Position numbers and translations under genes: made by a program. Positions 21,974 to 31,600 of a stretch of DNA of 64,000 nt are shown in pieces. Under the pieces are notes generated by a model. That model saw only the letters and a program-made list of their open reading frames with translations. It was not told the origin of the DNA and did no database searches. Position 1 is the first letter of the stretch; the number at the start of each line of letters is the position of its first letter. Origin of the DNA: Nitrospirota bacterium (GTDB lineage Bacteria > Nitrospirota > UBA9217); contig CAWBNQ010000011.1 in the NCBI GenBank assembly GCA_963790205.1, positions 96,001 to 160,000 on the forward strand, in the 5' to 3' direction.

Positions 21974-23506
21974 TTATTTGACCCGTTTTTCAGGAATAAT
22001 GACAAGCAGAACGATGCTGAGAAATACGCAGGCGTAGGAGAAAATGTCGCCATACCGGGTGTAAAAGGTTTTCGTGTTGCCGGGGACAAGCGTCTGCGTC
22101 AGATATGCTTCGGTGAATATGCCGGAGGCGGCCAGTATCCTTCCTTTTGCGTCGATGAAGCCGGAGATCCCGGTATTCGCGGCGCGCGCTATTGGAACGC
22201 GGTTCTCCACGGCGCGAAACACGGCCATGGAAAAATGCTGGTACGGGGCGGCGCTCTTTCCGAACCAGGCGTCGTTCGTGATCGTTGTTACGACTTGAGC
22301 TCCCCGGTCCACGAATCTTCGCACCAGATCGGGAAAGATGATCTCGTAGCAGATCACGGTGCTGAGCCTGACCTCATGCGGGGGCGAGTTCCCATCCGGA
22401 ACGGTCATGATCGTGTAGTCTTTCCCCGGTTCGAAATCGCCGATGGCCTGCACCATTTTCCCTACAAAAAACAGCACGTCTTTAAGCGGCACATATTCGC
22501 CAAAAGGAACCAGGTGGATCTTGTGGTACCGGGCAAGTATCCTGCCCTCTCCTGACAGCAGGAATGCAGAGTTGCGCAGAATGACCGTTCTCAGTGATTT
22601 TACCTGATAGGTCGGGCTGCCGAAGAGGAGGGGCGTCCCGTTCTTTTTTACGAACTCGATGAGGTCCGTTGTCAGCGCCCGGTCCTCAGGGTTGTTCCCG
22701 TTAAAGTAGAACGGCACCGCGGTCTCTGGCCAGATCACGAGGGCCGGGTGCTGTTTGAGCGCTTCGTTGGTCAGTCTCTCGTAGATCGCAATCGTTTCCG
22801 CCTGGTACGCCGGGTCCCACTTCTTGTCCTGCTCGATGTTTCCCTGGACGACCGAGATCGTGACGGCGCCCGGTCCTTCGGGCGCCCGGAGGCGTACGAA
22901 CCCGTAGCCGAGAACGAATGTCATGGCGAGCGCGGCGATGCTCATGCCCTGATATTGTTTTCTGTCCGTGATGAATTCCGCAATTGCGGCATTTACCAGG
23001 ACGATCAAAAACGACACCCCGTAGACACCGGTGATGTCCGATATCTGGATGACCGGCAAGGCCCGGTACTGGGAGTAGCCGAGCAGGGACCAGGGAAAGC
23101 CGCTGAAAACGTAGGTCCGCGCAAGCTCGAGTGCCGTCCAGAGCGCCGGGGCGGCAAGGACGAGAAGGGAAGGATGATACCGTTTGACATGGACAACGGC
23201 CGCGCCGAAGAGGGCAGGGTAGAGCGCCAGGTAGGCGCAGAGCAGCAGGGTGATGAGCGAGGCCGGGATGAGCGGAATGCCGCCGTAAAAGTGGACCGAG
23301 TTCGTGACCCAGTGGACCGTGCCTGCGAAAAATACGATGCCGGAAATGCCGCCAAGCCAAAAGCCGTTTTTGACGGTCTGTCCCTGAAGGGCGAGGAACA
23401 GCGGGATGAGGCCGATCCAGGCGAGCAGGTGGAAGTCGATATTAGGGAATGCAAGGGTGAGCAGCAGGCCTGAAGCCGCGGCGAGCGCAGGGGAGCGGAG
23501 GGTCAT
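21974..23506 (-). CDS. lnt: Apolipoprotein N-acyltransferase
   Basis: GFPW, VQGNI, WPET, KIHLVPFGEY, ICYE, TNDAWF, RAANTGIS. Confidence 0.96.
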   Translation of the reverse strand: MTLRSPALAAASGLLLTLAFPNIDFHLLAWIGLIPLFLALQGQTVKNGFWLGGISGIVFFAGTVHWVTNSVHFYGGIPLIPASLITLLLCAYLALYPALFGAAVVHVKRYHPSLLVLAAPALWTALELARTYVFSGFPWSLLGYSQYRALPVIQISDITGVYGVSFLIVLVNAAIAEFITDRKQYQGMSIAALAMTFVLGYGFVRLRAPEGPGAVTISVVQGNIEQDKKWDPAYQAETIAIYERLTNEALKQHPALVIWPETAVPFYFNGNNPEDRALTTDLIEFVKKNGTPLLFGSPTYQVKSLRTVILRNSAFLLSGEGRILARYHKIHLVPFGEYVPLKDVLFFVGKMVQAIGDFEPGKDYTIMTVPDGNSPPHEVRLSTVICYEIIFPDLVRRFVDRGAQVVTTITNDAWFGKSAAPYQHFSMAVFRAVENRVPIARAANTGISGFIDAKGRILAASGIFTEAYLTQTLVPGNTKTFYTRYGDIFSYACVFLSIVLLVIIPEKRVK

Positions 23507-23507
23507 G

Positions 23508-23909
23508 CTATTTTGCCGCTTTCTGTTCCTGCATCCACTTGAGAAGGCCTTCCTTCATGCCGTTGTTGATGCCCGACTCTCCGGCGGTTGCGGAGAGCAT
23601 GGTCTGCGGTTGACGGTACCCGGGCTTTTGCGTTGATGATCTTACCGGTCTGGCAGCGGGCTTCGCTTGGGCCGGTCTGGGTCTGGGCGCCTGCGTTGGG
23701 TGTTTTTGTTCATCCGGCGCATACGCGGCGAGGCAGGAGACGGCATGGCGGTACAGGATCTCGCGTTTCTGGCCTTCCATGACGATGACGTAACTGTCGA
23801 ACGCCTTGATTTTGCCCGACACGCGTATTTTGTTCTGGAGAGTAACGGTGACAGCCGTTTGTTCAGACTGGTAGGTGTTCAGCATTCTATCGAGGAGATT
23901 TGTCTCCAT
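23508..23909 (-). CDS. Divergent Hfq paralogue with Pro/Gln-rich tail
   Basis: VTLQNKIRVSGKIKAFDSYVIV...ILYRHAVS aligns with Hfq Sm1/Sm2 ([21 protein letters not shown]...YKHAIS). Confidence 0.8.
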   Translation of the reverse strand: METNLLDRMLNTYQSEQTAVTVTLQNKIRVSGKIKAFDSYVIVMEGQKREILYRHAVSCLAAYAPDEQKHPTQAPRPRPAQAKPAARPVRSSTQKPGYRQPQTMLSATAGESGINNGMKEGLLKWMQEQKAAK

Positions 23910-24057
23910 GGTTCCACCTTAGGCAGCTCATTGGGAAATTGGATCTTGGAAATTGAAGATCCCGATAATAATCACAGTATCGCGAATCAGATTCCGATTT
24001 TTTTCAATTTTAAATTTCTCATTTTCAACTCCCGATTCGGTATGAGGAGCATATCAT

Positions 24058-24510
24058 TCATCGGTTGATCGTGGTGATCGAGTGCTTATAATATAAATGC
24101 TGTTTGCCGCCTTCTTTGAGCAGCAGTGTGAAATTATCGTAGGCTTCGATGGTCGCCTTGATCCGCTGCCCATTGATGAGAAAAAGGGTAAGGAACTGGT
24201 TCTCTTTGATCGCTTTGTCGAGGAATTCCTGCTGGACGTTCGGTCTGCCTGCCGGATCTGCGGGCCCCGGCGGCGGAGGGACCGAAAGGACCGGATAGGG
24301 CGCGGAGAGGTAGGAAATCTCCTGTTTCAGAAGGGTGACGATCTTGCCGTTCTCTTCGACGTTGATCTCATACCGGCCGATGTCGCGGATGGTCCCATCC
24401 TGCTCGGTTTTGTTCATCTGGCCGATATGGAGCTTGATGCCGCTTGCCAGGGCCTGTGACAGGAACTGAGGTTCGATGCCTTGCCGGGACTCTTCGTTCA
24501 TTACTTCCAT
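24058..24510 (-). CDS. hfq: Hfq-family protein with two tandem Sm-like domains
   Basis: C-domain VQQEFL...LFLING...YDNFTLLL...YKHSITTI; degenerate N-domain IEPQFL...LKQEISYL; poly-Pro linker. Confidence 0.8.
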   Translation of the reverse strand: MEVMNEESRQGIEPQFLSQALASGIKLHIGQMNKTEQDGTIRDIGRYEINVEENGKIVTLLKQEISYLSAPYPVLSVPPPPGPADPAGRPNVQQEFLDKAIKENQFLTLFLINGQRIKATIEAYDNFTLLLKEGGKQHLYYKHSITTINR

Positions 24511-24518
24511 TGAGTAAA

Positions 24519-24547
24519 ATCATATACGAAATACAATTCTTTTGCAA
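24519..24547 (-). promoter_or_regulatory. Sigma70 promoter for the hfq pair
   Basis: Minus strand TTGCAA-17-TATGAT, ending 8 nt before ATG 24510. Confidence 0.65.
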
Positions 24548-24561
24548 GAAATTTTTATCTG

Positions 24562-24590
24562 TTGACTTTTGCCGGCTTATGCCATATTAT
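24562..24590 (+). promoter_or_regulatory. Sigma70 promoter for queD
   Basis: TTGACT-17-TATTAT, ending 8 nt before ATG 24599. Confidence 0.7.
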
Positions 24591-24598
24591 TTTCCACC

Positions 24599-24967
24599 AT
24601 GTATGAACTGATGATCGAATCCAAATTCGCGGCTGCCCACCAGCTGCGCGGCTATGAGGGCAAATGCGAGAGACTTCACGGCCACAACTGGCGCGTGTCC
24701 GTAGCCGTGACCGCCGAGCGACTGAACGAGCAGGGGCTGGCCATCGACTTCCTTGACCTCAAAAAGTCGCTCAGGGAAGTGCTCGACCAGCTTGAGCATA
24801 CCTTCTTGAACGATATCTTTCCTTTCACCCAGATCAACCCTTCATCGGAGAACCTGGCCAAGTGGATCTACGACACCATGGCCAAGAAGATCAACGACGA
24901 CGACCTCGAAGTCAGCAGCGTCACGGTATGGGAATCGGACACCGCATCGGCGAGCTATTTCGAGTAA
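24599..24967 (+). CDS. queD: 6-carboxytetrahydropterin synthase
   Basis: FAAAHQL, CERLHGHNW, HTFLND, NPSSENLA, VWES. Confidence 0.95.
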   Translation: MYELMIESKFAAAHQLRGYEGKCERLHGHNWRVSVAVTAERLNEQGLAIDFLDLKKSLREVLDQLEHTFLNDIFPFTQINPSSENLAKWIYDTMAKKINDDDLEVSSVTVWESDTASASYFE

Positions 24968-25032
24968 GACGAAAAACCCTTTTACCACAGAGAGCTCAGA
25001 GGTCACAGAAAAAATCAATCCCGCATTCAGCT

Positions 25033-26376
25033 ATGAATATTGATAAACACATCGCGGAAAAGATACTCTTCCATGCAACGGCTCTCAAAGCCGACGCGGC
25101 CGATGTCTTCTTACGGTCCTTCAACGCCACGACCGTCGAAGTAAAGGACCAGAAGGTCGATGCCTTCGAGCGGGCCAAGGACATCGGAGCCGGACTGCGC
25201 GTGCTCAAGAGCGGGCGGCTGGGCTTCGCCTTTACCACGGACCTTTCGGAAGCAGCGCTCAAGGCCCTGGCCCTGGCAGCGGTCACGAACGCGCAGAATA
25301 CCGAGCCCGATCCCTTTCAGTCCATTCCCGCGAAAGATCAAACACCCTCTCATCCCGTCGCTATCCACGATCCCGAGCTCGTACGCCTGACCGAAAAAGA
25401 GAAGATCGACCGGGTCATGGCCATGGAGCGCGAGGCCTTCAGCGTAGACCCGCGAATAAAGCGCATCCGCAAGGCGCAGGCGAGCTTCTCCGAATCCGAG
25501 ACCGTGATCTTGAACACCAACGGAAGCGAGGTCGCGTACAAAGGCACTGCCTGCTCGTCGAGCATCGAGGTGGTTGCCGAGGACAAAGGGGAGTCGCAGG
25601 CGGGTTCCGAGTTCGACGTGAACCGTTTTTACCGCAAGCTTTTGATCGAGGAAGTGGGACGGAGGGCAGCGCAGCGGGCGCTCGACCTGCTCGGGGCACG
25701 GCATATCGATTCGGTAAAGGCGCCGGTGGTCCTCGAAGCCACGGTGGCGCAGGAGTTCCTTTCCATGCTGGCCAGCGGGTTCTCGGCCGAGAGCGTCCAG
25801 AAGAAACGCTCGCTTTTCATCGGGAAGCTGGATACGGCAGTCGTATCTCCCACGATCACCGTGCTCGACGACGGCCTCCTCGAAGGCGGCCTCGGCACGG
25901 CGCCCTCAGATGACGAGACCGTGCCCATGAAGAAAAAAACGATCATCGAACAGGGCAGGCTCGCCATGTTCCTCTATAATACCTACACGGCAAACAAGGA
26001 CAAGACAGCATCGACCGGGAACGGCATGCGGGGCGGGTTCAAAGGCCTTCCCGGAGTGGGTGTGACGAACCTCTATATAGAACCCGGGAAGAGCACGCTC
26101 CGGGAACTCATGGCATCGGCCGGCAGGGGCCTGTATATTACCGAGGTCATGGGCATGCATACGGCCAATCCCATCTCCGGCGATTTCTCCGTCGGCGCCA
26201 CCGGGTTCTGGATCGAGAAGGGGGAAAAGGCTTACCCCGTGCGCGAGATCACGATCGCGGGAAACATCCTCGACCTCATGAAAAACGTCGCTGCCGTTGG
26301 CAGCGATATCCGCTTCTCCGGCCGGATCGGCAGCCCGTCGCTTTTGATCAAAGAGCTTTCGGTCGGGGGGAAGTGA
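25033..26376 (+). CDS. pmbA: TldD/PmbA-family protein (PmbA/TldE type)
   Basis: DDETVP, TGNG, NPISGDFS, EITIAGN, SPSL; no HExxxH. Confidence 0.88.
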   Translation: MNIDKHIAEKILFHATALKADAADVFLRSFNATTVEVKDQKVDAFERAKDIGAGLRVLKSGRLGFAFTTDLSEAALKALALAAVTNAQNTEPDPFQSIPAKDQTPSHPVAIHDPELVRLTEKEKIDRVMAMEREAFSVDPRIKRIRKAQASFSESETVILNTNGSEVAYKGTACSSSIEVVAEDKGESQAGSEFDVNRFYRKLLIEEVGRRAAQRALDLLGARHIDSVKAPVVLEATVAQEFLSMLASGFSAESVQKKRSLFIGKLDTAVVSPTITVLDDGLLEGGLGTAPSDDETVPMKKKTIIEQGRLAMFLYNTYTANKDKTASTGNGMRGGFKGLPGVGVTNLYIEPGKSTLRELMASAGRGLYITEVMGMHTANPISGDFSVGATGFWIEKGEKAYPVREITIAGNILDLMKNVAAVGSDIRFSGRIGSPSLLIKELSVGGK

Positions 26377-27048
26377 TAACTTCTTCCTGAAGTCCGCGAC
26401 AGTTTCATTCTTCCGAATTTGCATACTTCATGTAGTACTCTTCAATCGAATAGTCAAAGATCTTCGTCTCGCGCTTTCAGTTTTGTCTCTTGCGGGGATG
26501 ACGAATAAGGCGAGCCCTTCACCGATTTGGAAATAGATCATTGAAACATCCGAGACCAACAGCGCAAGCTCAGTCACGGCAAGAGCAATGGAATCGAAAC
26601 AGCTTTTTTTGGGTTTTTGGGATTTTTCCAAAAAAGTCTAAGGTTTTTCGAAGCCAAAACTCAGGGTTTCCCCGATTGACATTCTGGTTCTAAAGTATTA
26701 TGGTTGCTGGACAAAAGCGCAGGTTGTTCAAACCATAACGGTCTTCCTTTTTACAGATACCCCATCCGCTCGCTGCGGGGATGTTCATTTAACATACTAT
26801 GGAGGTAGTCATGCTATACGGATCAGAGAAACACTCCTCAATTATATCTCAAAACATGCGTGTTCTCATTGCTGCTTTTCTTGCCGTCTTTTTTTTCTGC
26901 TTGGTTACTTCCGCTCATGCTCAGCAATGGATCTATGCCGATTTAATTGGAGTGTGTCAGAATACGGATGGTACGACTTTTAAAGGTCTTACAATTCCAA
27001 ATTATTATTCTACTTGTGCTAATTATGTCGAGATGAGTCAGCAGTTAT

Positions 27049-28649
27049 CGGGCTGTTGCCCAAATGATATTGAGAAAGCCACTCAGTAATGCTATATTGC
27101 TGCGACGTCAATCACGACATCAGGAGCCAATAGCCATGATGGGATTGCAGCAACCGCCTCAAAGCAGCTTGTTCTATATCGGCATCAATATAGAAAAACG
27201 GGTTCGTGAGAACCATCCTTTGAGAAAAGTCAATACGCTGATCGATTTCAACTTCGCCTATGACGAAGTCAAGGACTTGTACGGCAACAACGGCAACGTT
27301 TCAGTGCCACCACCAATTATCCTGAAACTGATGCTACTCCTGATCTTTTATAATGTCCGCTCGGAGCGGGAGCTGATGGACACCCTGCCAGAGCGTATGG
27401 ATTGGCTCTGGTTTCTCGGGTATGACCTTGATTCTGAAATTCCCAACCATAGCGTGCTATCCAAGGCCCGCAAAAAATGGGGCCTCGATGTTTTTCAAAG
27501 GTTCTTCGAACGTATTGTTCTGCAGTGCGCGGAAGCCGGTCTTATTGACGGCCGCAAGATCTTCGTCGACTCCAGTCTGGTGGATGCAAATGCCTCCAAC
27601 AGTTCGGTTCTCGATACCCGGAACCTGAAACATCAGTTGCACAAAAATTATAAAAAGCTGGAAGCCCGCTTGGAAGAACGCACCGAAAGCACTGATCCTT
27701 CCAGGACCTACGAAAAAAAGAACAACCGCTATATCTCCACCACCGACCCGGACGCGGCCCTGGTGAACCGGGGGAAATCCAAACTTTCCTACCAAGTGCA
27801 TCGGGCCGTTGACGGTAAAAAAGAAATCATCACTGCAACCGACGTAGCGCCCGGCGATGTGAACGAAGCCCATCTGATGCTTTCGCTGCTTGAGCAACAC
27901 CACGCAACAACGGAAGTCGAGGCCGAAACGGTTGTTGCGGACAGTAAGTACGGAACGATCGACAACTTCCTTGCCTGCCATGACAAGGGCATAAAGGCGC
28001 ATATCCCGGATTTACGAGACGTGGCGATCAATCGCATAGCGAAAACCGACATCTTTATGGAAGATAGATTTTCCTATGATCCTGCCACCGACTCCTATAT
28101 GTGCCCGGCAGGAACTCAGCTCAAGCCGAAGTCGCTGCATATAGCCAGACAAAGCCGGGATTACGCAGCGCCCAGGAAAGTCTGCGCAGCGTGCCAGCTT
28201 AGAGAGCAATGCACGAAAAACAAGTCCGGCCGAACGATCAAGCGTCATCTCCGGCAGAATGTTCTGGAGCGCATGCGTGCAATCAGTCGATCAGCCAATG
28301 CACGGTACGACATCAAAACCAGACAACACCTGATGGAGCGATCCTTTGCCAGGGGCACCCGATACGGCTTCGATCAAGCACGCTGGCGAGGCCTTTGGCG
28401 AATGCGGGTCCAGGAATATATGACCTGTGCCATCCAGAACATGCAAGTGCTAATAGCGCATGCTTCCAAGCCGAAGAAAGCAGCTGCGGTACGGCTGCTC
28501 GTTGTTCAAAGAACAGTGGCAAAGGCTTTCGGATCGCTCATTTTGCATGTTCCCTTGAGACAGAACCGATATTGCCCGTCATTAGCTTAGACCTCTTTAC
28601 GCATCAAGGCGCTTGATCGTTCGCGGGAAGTCCTTTGGGCAACAGCCCG
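27049..28649 (+). mobile_element. IS1182-family insertion sequence, 1601 bp
   Basis: Perfect 16-bp terminal IR CGGGCTGTTGCCCAAA; 4-bp target duplication TTAT (27045-48 and 28650-53). Confidence 0.93.
27136..28590 (+). CDS. IS1182-family DDE transposase
   Basis: NHPLR, SERELM, PNHSVLS, VDSSLVDANAS, STTDPDA, ADSKYG, CPAG, ERSFA; SD AGGAG. Confidence 0.9.
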   Translation: MMGLQQPPQSSLFYIGINIEKRVRENHPLRKVNTLIDFNFAYDEVKDLYGNNGNVSVPPPIILKLMLLLIFYNVRSERELMDTLPERMDWLWFLGYDLDSEIPNHSVLSKARKKWGLDVFQRFFERIVLQCAEAGLIDGRKIFVDSSLVDANASNSSVLDTRNLKHQLHKNYKKLEARLEERTESTDPSRTYEKKNNRYISTTDPDAALVNRGKSKLSYQVHRAVDGKKEIITATDVAPGDVNEAHLMLSLLEQHHATTEVEAETVVADSKYGTIDNFLACHDKGIKAHIPDLRDVAINRIAKTDIFMEDRFSYDPATDSYMCPAGTQLKPKSLHIARQSRDYAAPRKVCAACQLREQCTKNKSGRTIKRHLRQNVLERMRAISRSANARYDIKTRQHLMERSFARGTRYGFDQARWRGLWRMRVQEYMTCAIQNMQVLIAHASKPKKAAAVRLLVVQRTVAKAFGSLILHVPLRQNRYCPSLA

Positions 28650-31600
28650 TTATGTTCTGACGATATAGGGCCGACGCCTCCTATTCCTGTATATTCTATG
28701 ACTTATACATATATAGGTAGACAGCAGGTTTCGTGTTCGGGAAATATTTTTTGTATTTATTTATACGCCGACAATACTACTCCTCCCGGATGTACTGATC
28801 CCGACTATGTAACGCAACCAACGCAAACATTTTCACCAAGTGCTGAATGTTCTGTGGATGATACGATAATTTGTGTCCTTCCCGGCTGGACAACGGCTTT
28901 TAATAAATATGGCGTTGCTTCTTGTGTTAATGGTGTTTGGTCTGCGTGTGTTCCTCCTCCTTATATTCCTCCTGTTACTGGTGTTTGTATACCCGGTCAG
29001 GTTGCTGGTTGTGATAATATTCCTACTGCTGACGCGAGTGCTTATGATAATTCTGACGCTGGCAACGCGTGTAATTTTTACGGTATCTCGGTTTGTAGTT
29101 ACGTTACCGGTTCCGGGGGTCAGTGGGGTCCGTGTCACTGTCCGCAGGATATTACTTATGGTTGTCCAGCCGGTGCAAAGATATCTTGTTTCCCTTATCT
29201 CAATTCTGACGGTACATATGATTTGAGTTTTAATCTTTCCGATGATACCGGTTGTCCTTCTGGGCCTTATAGTGACGCTTACGGTTCTGGTTCGATGCGT
29301 TGTGATAATAATCTATGGTCTAATTGCATGTGCGGTATCAATGAGTGCCAGCCACCTGAAACCTATACTGCGGATTCTATGTGTGTAGATGGTCCCTTGA
29401 TTCAGCAATGTGTAAATGGTGTATATACGGGAACGTGTAATGAAGTAGTTAGTTGTTCTTTATCTGACTGCGGCGACAGCTGTAATACCACATCCGTCGG
29501 TTCGTCGGCAAATCTTAAAAGTGGCAATCTTAACCATAATCAAGACGTAATTACAACGCCAAAGAGCTTGCCTTTTGCATTAACCTACAACAGCAACGAC
29601 TTTACTGCGGGAGCGTTTGGGCGCGGCTGGACACATACGTACAACCTGCTGGCAGTAGTATCAGGTTCGTCACTCATGCTTACAGACGGTAGCGGCAAGA
29701 AAATAAACTTCACTCTTTCCGGCAACTTATATTCCCCTGATGCGAGCAGCGGGGACACATCAACCATAGCCGTAAATGCCGACGGTACTTATACCCGTAC
29801 CCTGAAAGACGGGACCCTGCAAACATTCGCTGCTTCAGGCATCCTCACCTCAATCAAGGACCTGAATAACAACACAACAACGCTGTCCTACAGCGGCAAT
29901 AATCTGGTTGCTATAACCGATTCCACAGGACGAGCACTCAGTATTACCGCAGCAAGCGGCCAGATAACCTCAATCACTGATCCAGCGGGACAGACATACA
30001 GCTTTACTTATGCCGGCAATCTGCTGACGACAGTCTCTGATCCTTCGGGCAATGCTTGGAACTACACCTATGATACTAACGGCAGAATGCTTACCAAGAC
30101 AGACCCGGCAGGCTTCCAGACGACCTACGCCTACGATGCCAGTGGTATGCTTGCCAGTGCAACAGACACCAATGGACTGACAAAGACCCTGACCTATGAC
30201 AAAACCAACAGCGCAGCGCAGTTTGTAGAAAAAGACGGCGGGGTATGGAACCAGACGTATGATCCCGGTCTCAATCTGCCGCTGACAAAGACCGATCCGT
30301 TGGGCAATCACACCTCCTACACCTATGATAACAAGGGCGACATGCTCACCAAGACGGACCCGGATGCAAGCGTCACCACATACACCTATGACGCAAAGAG
30401 CAATGTTACTTCAATAACAGATGCCCTTGGCCGGGCCACGACCTACACATACAATAACTTCTCCGAAATCACGTCCATGCGCGACCCCCTGGGGAATACC
30501 ACCACGTATGCCTACGATGCCAATGGAAATCGTTTATCCACAACCGACCCCCTGGGAGCCGTCACCACATATCAGTACGACGCCAAGGGCAATGTGACGA
30601 ATATAACGGATGCATTGGGCAAGACAACGACTTTGGCTTACGATCAATACAATAACATCGATTTAATTACCGATCCAACGGGCTCTACGACCGGGTTCAC
30701 CTATGATATAAACGGCAACATGACAAGCCGGATCGACGCTAATGGCAATGCCACGACGTTTGTATACAACAACCTGAACCAGCTGACCCAGGTCACGGAC
30801 CCGAACGGCAATACGACCGCTTACACTTATGATAAGAACGGGAATAAGGCTTCCGTGACCGATGCCAACGGCAATACGACAGTCTATACATATACCTACA
30901 GAGGTCAGGTCGCTCAGACAAAAGATGCCTTGAATGCCATAACGAACTACACCTACGGCGCTACGGGCTGTCCAGCCTGCGGCGGCGGTGTGGACAAGCT
31001 GACTGCTCTCACGGACGCGAAGGGAAATACTACCCGCTATCAGTACGATACGCTCGGCAGGCTGATAAACGAAACGGACCCCCTGGGTAATGTGATATCG
31101 TATACTTATGATGTAAACGGCAGGCTTACAGCAAGGACCGACGCGAATGGAAACACCATCACCTACGCCTATGACGTCACCGGAAGGCTGCTCACCAAGA
31201 CCTATCCAGACGCCACAACAGTTTCCTTCACCTATGATGCCAACGGGAACATCCTCACTGCGGCCAACCTGAATACTTCCTACACTTTCAGTTATGACAC
31301 CGATGGCAGGGTTGCCACCGTCACGGATTCCAGCAACAAGACCGTGAGCTATACGTATAACCTTGTCGGAAACAGGACCCAACTGACTTATCCCGACGGC
31401 TCCACGCTCGCCTATACCTACGACACCGCAAACAGGCTCAGCACGATTGTAGACGGTACGGCAAAGACTTATACCTACAGCTACGACAGCCTCGGCAGAA
31501 AAACGAACCTCACCTACCCCAATAATGCCAATAACACATATAGTTACGATAATGACGGCAGGCTTACGGGGCTCACCAATAAACTGGGCTCCTACACCTA

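Noticed and set aside
26380..26640. Gene or att site at the left edge of the island
   Set aside because: Only short broken frames and no repeat matching the right edge
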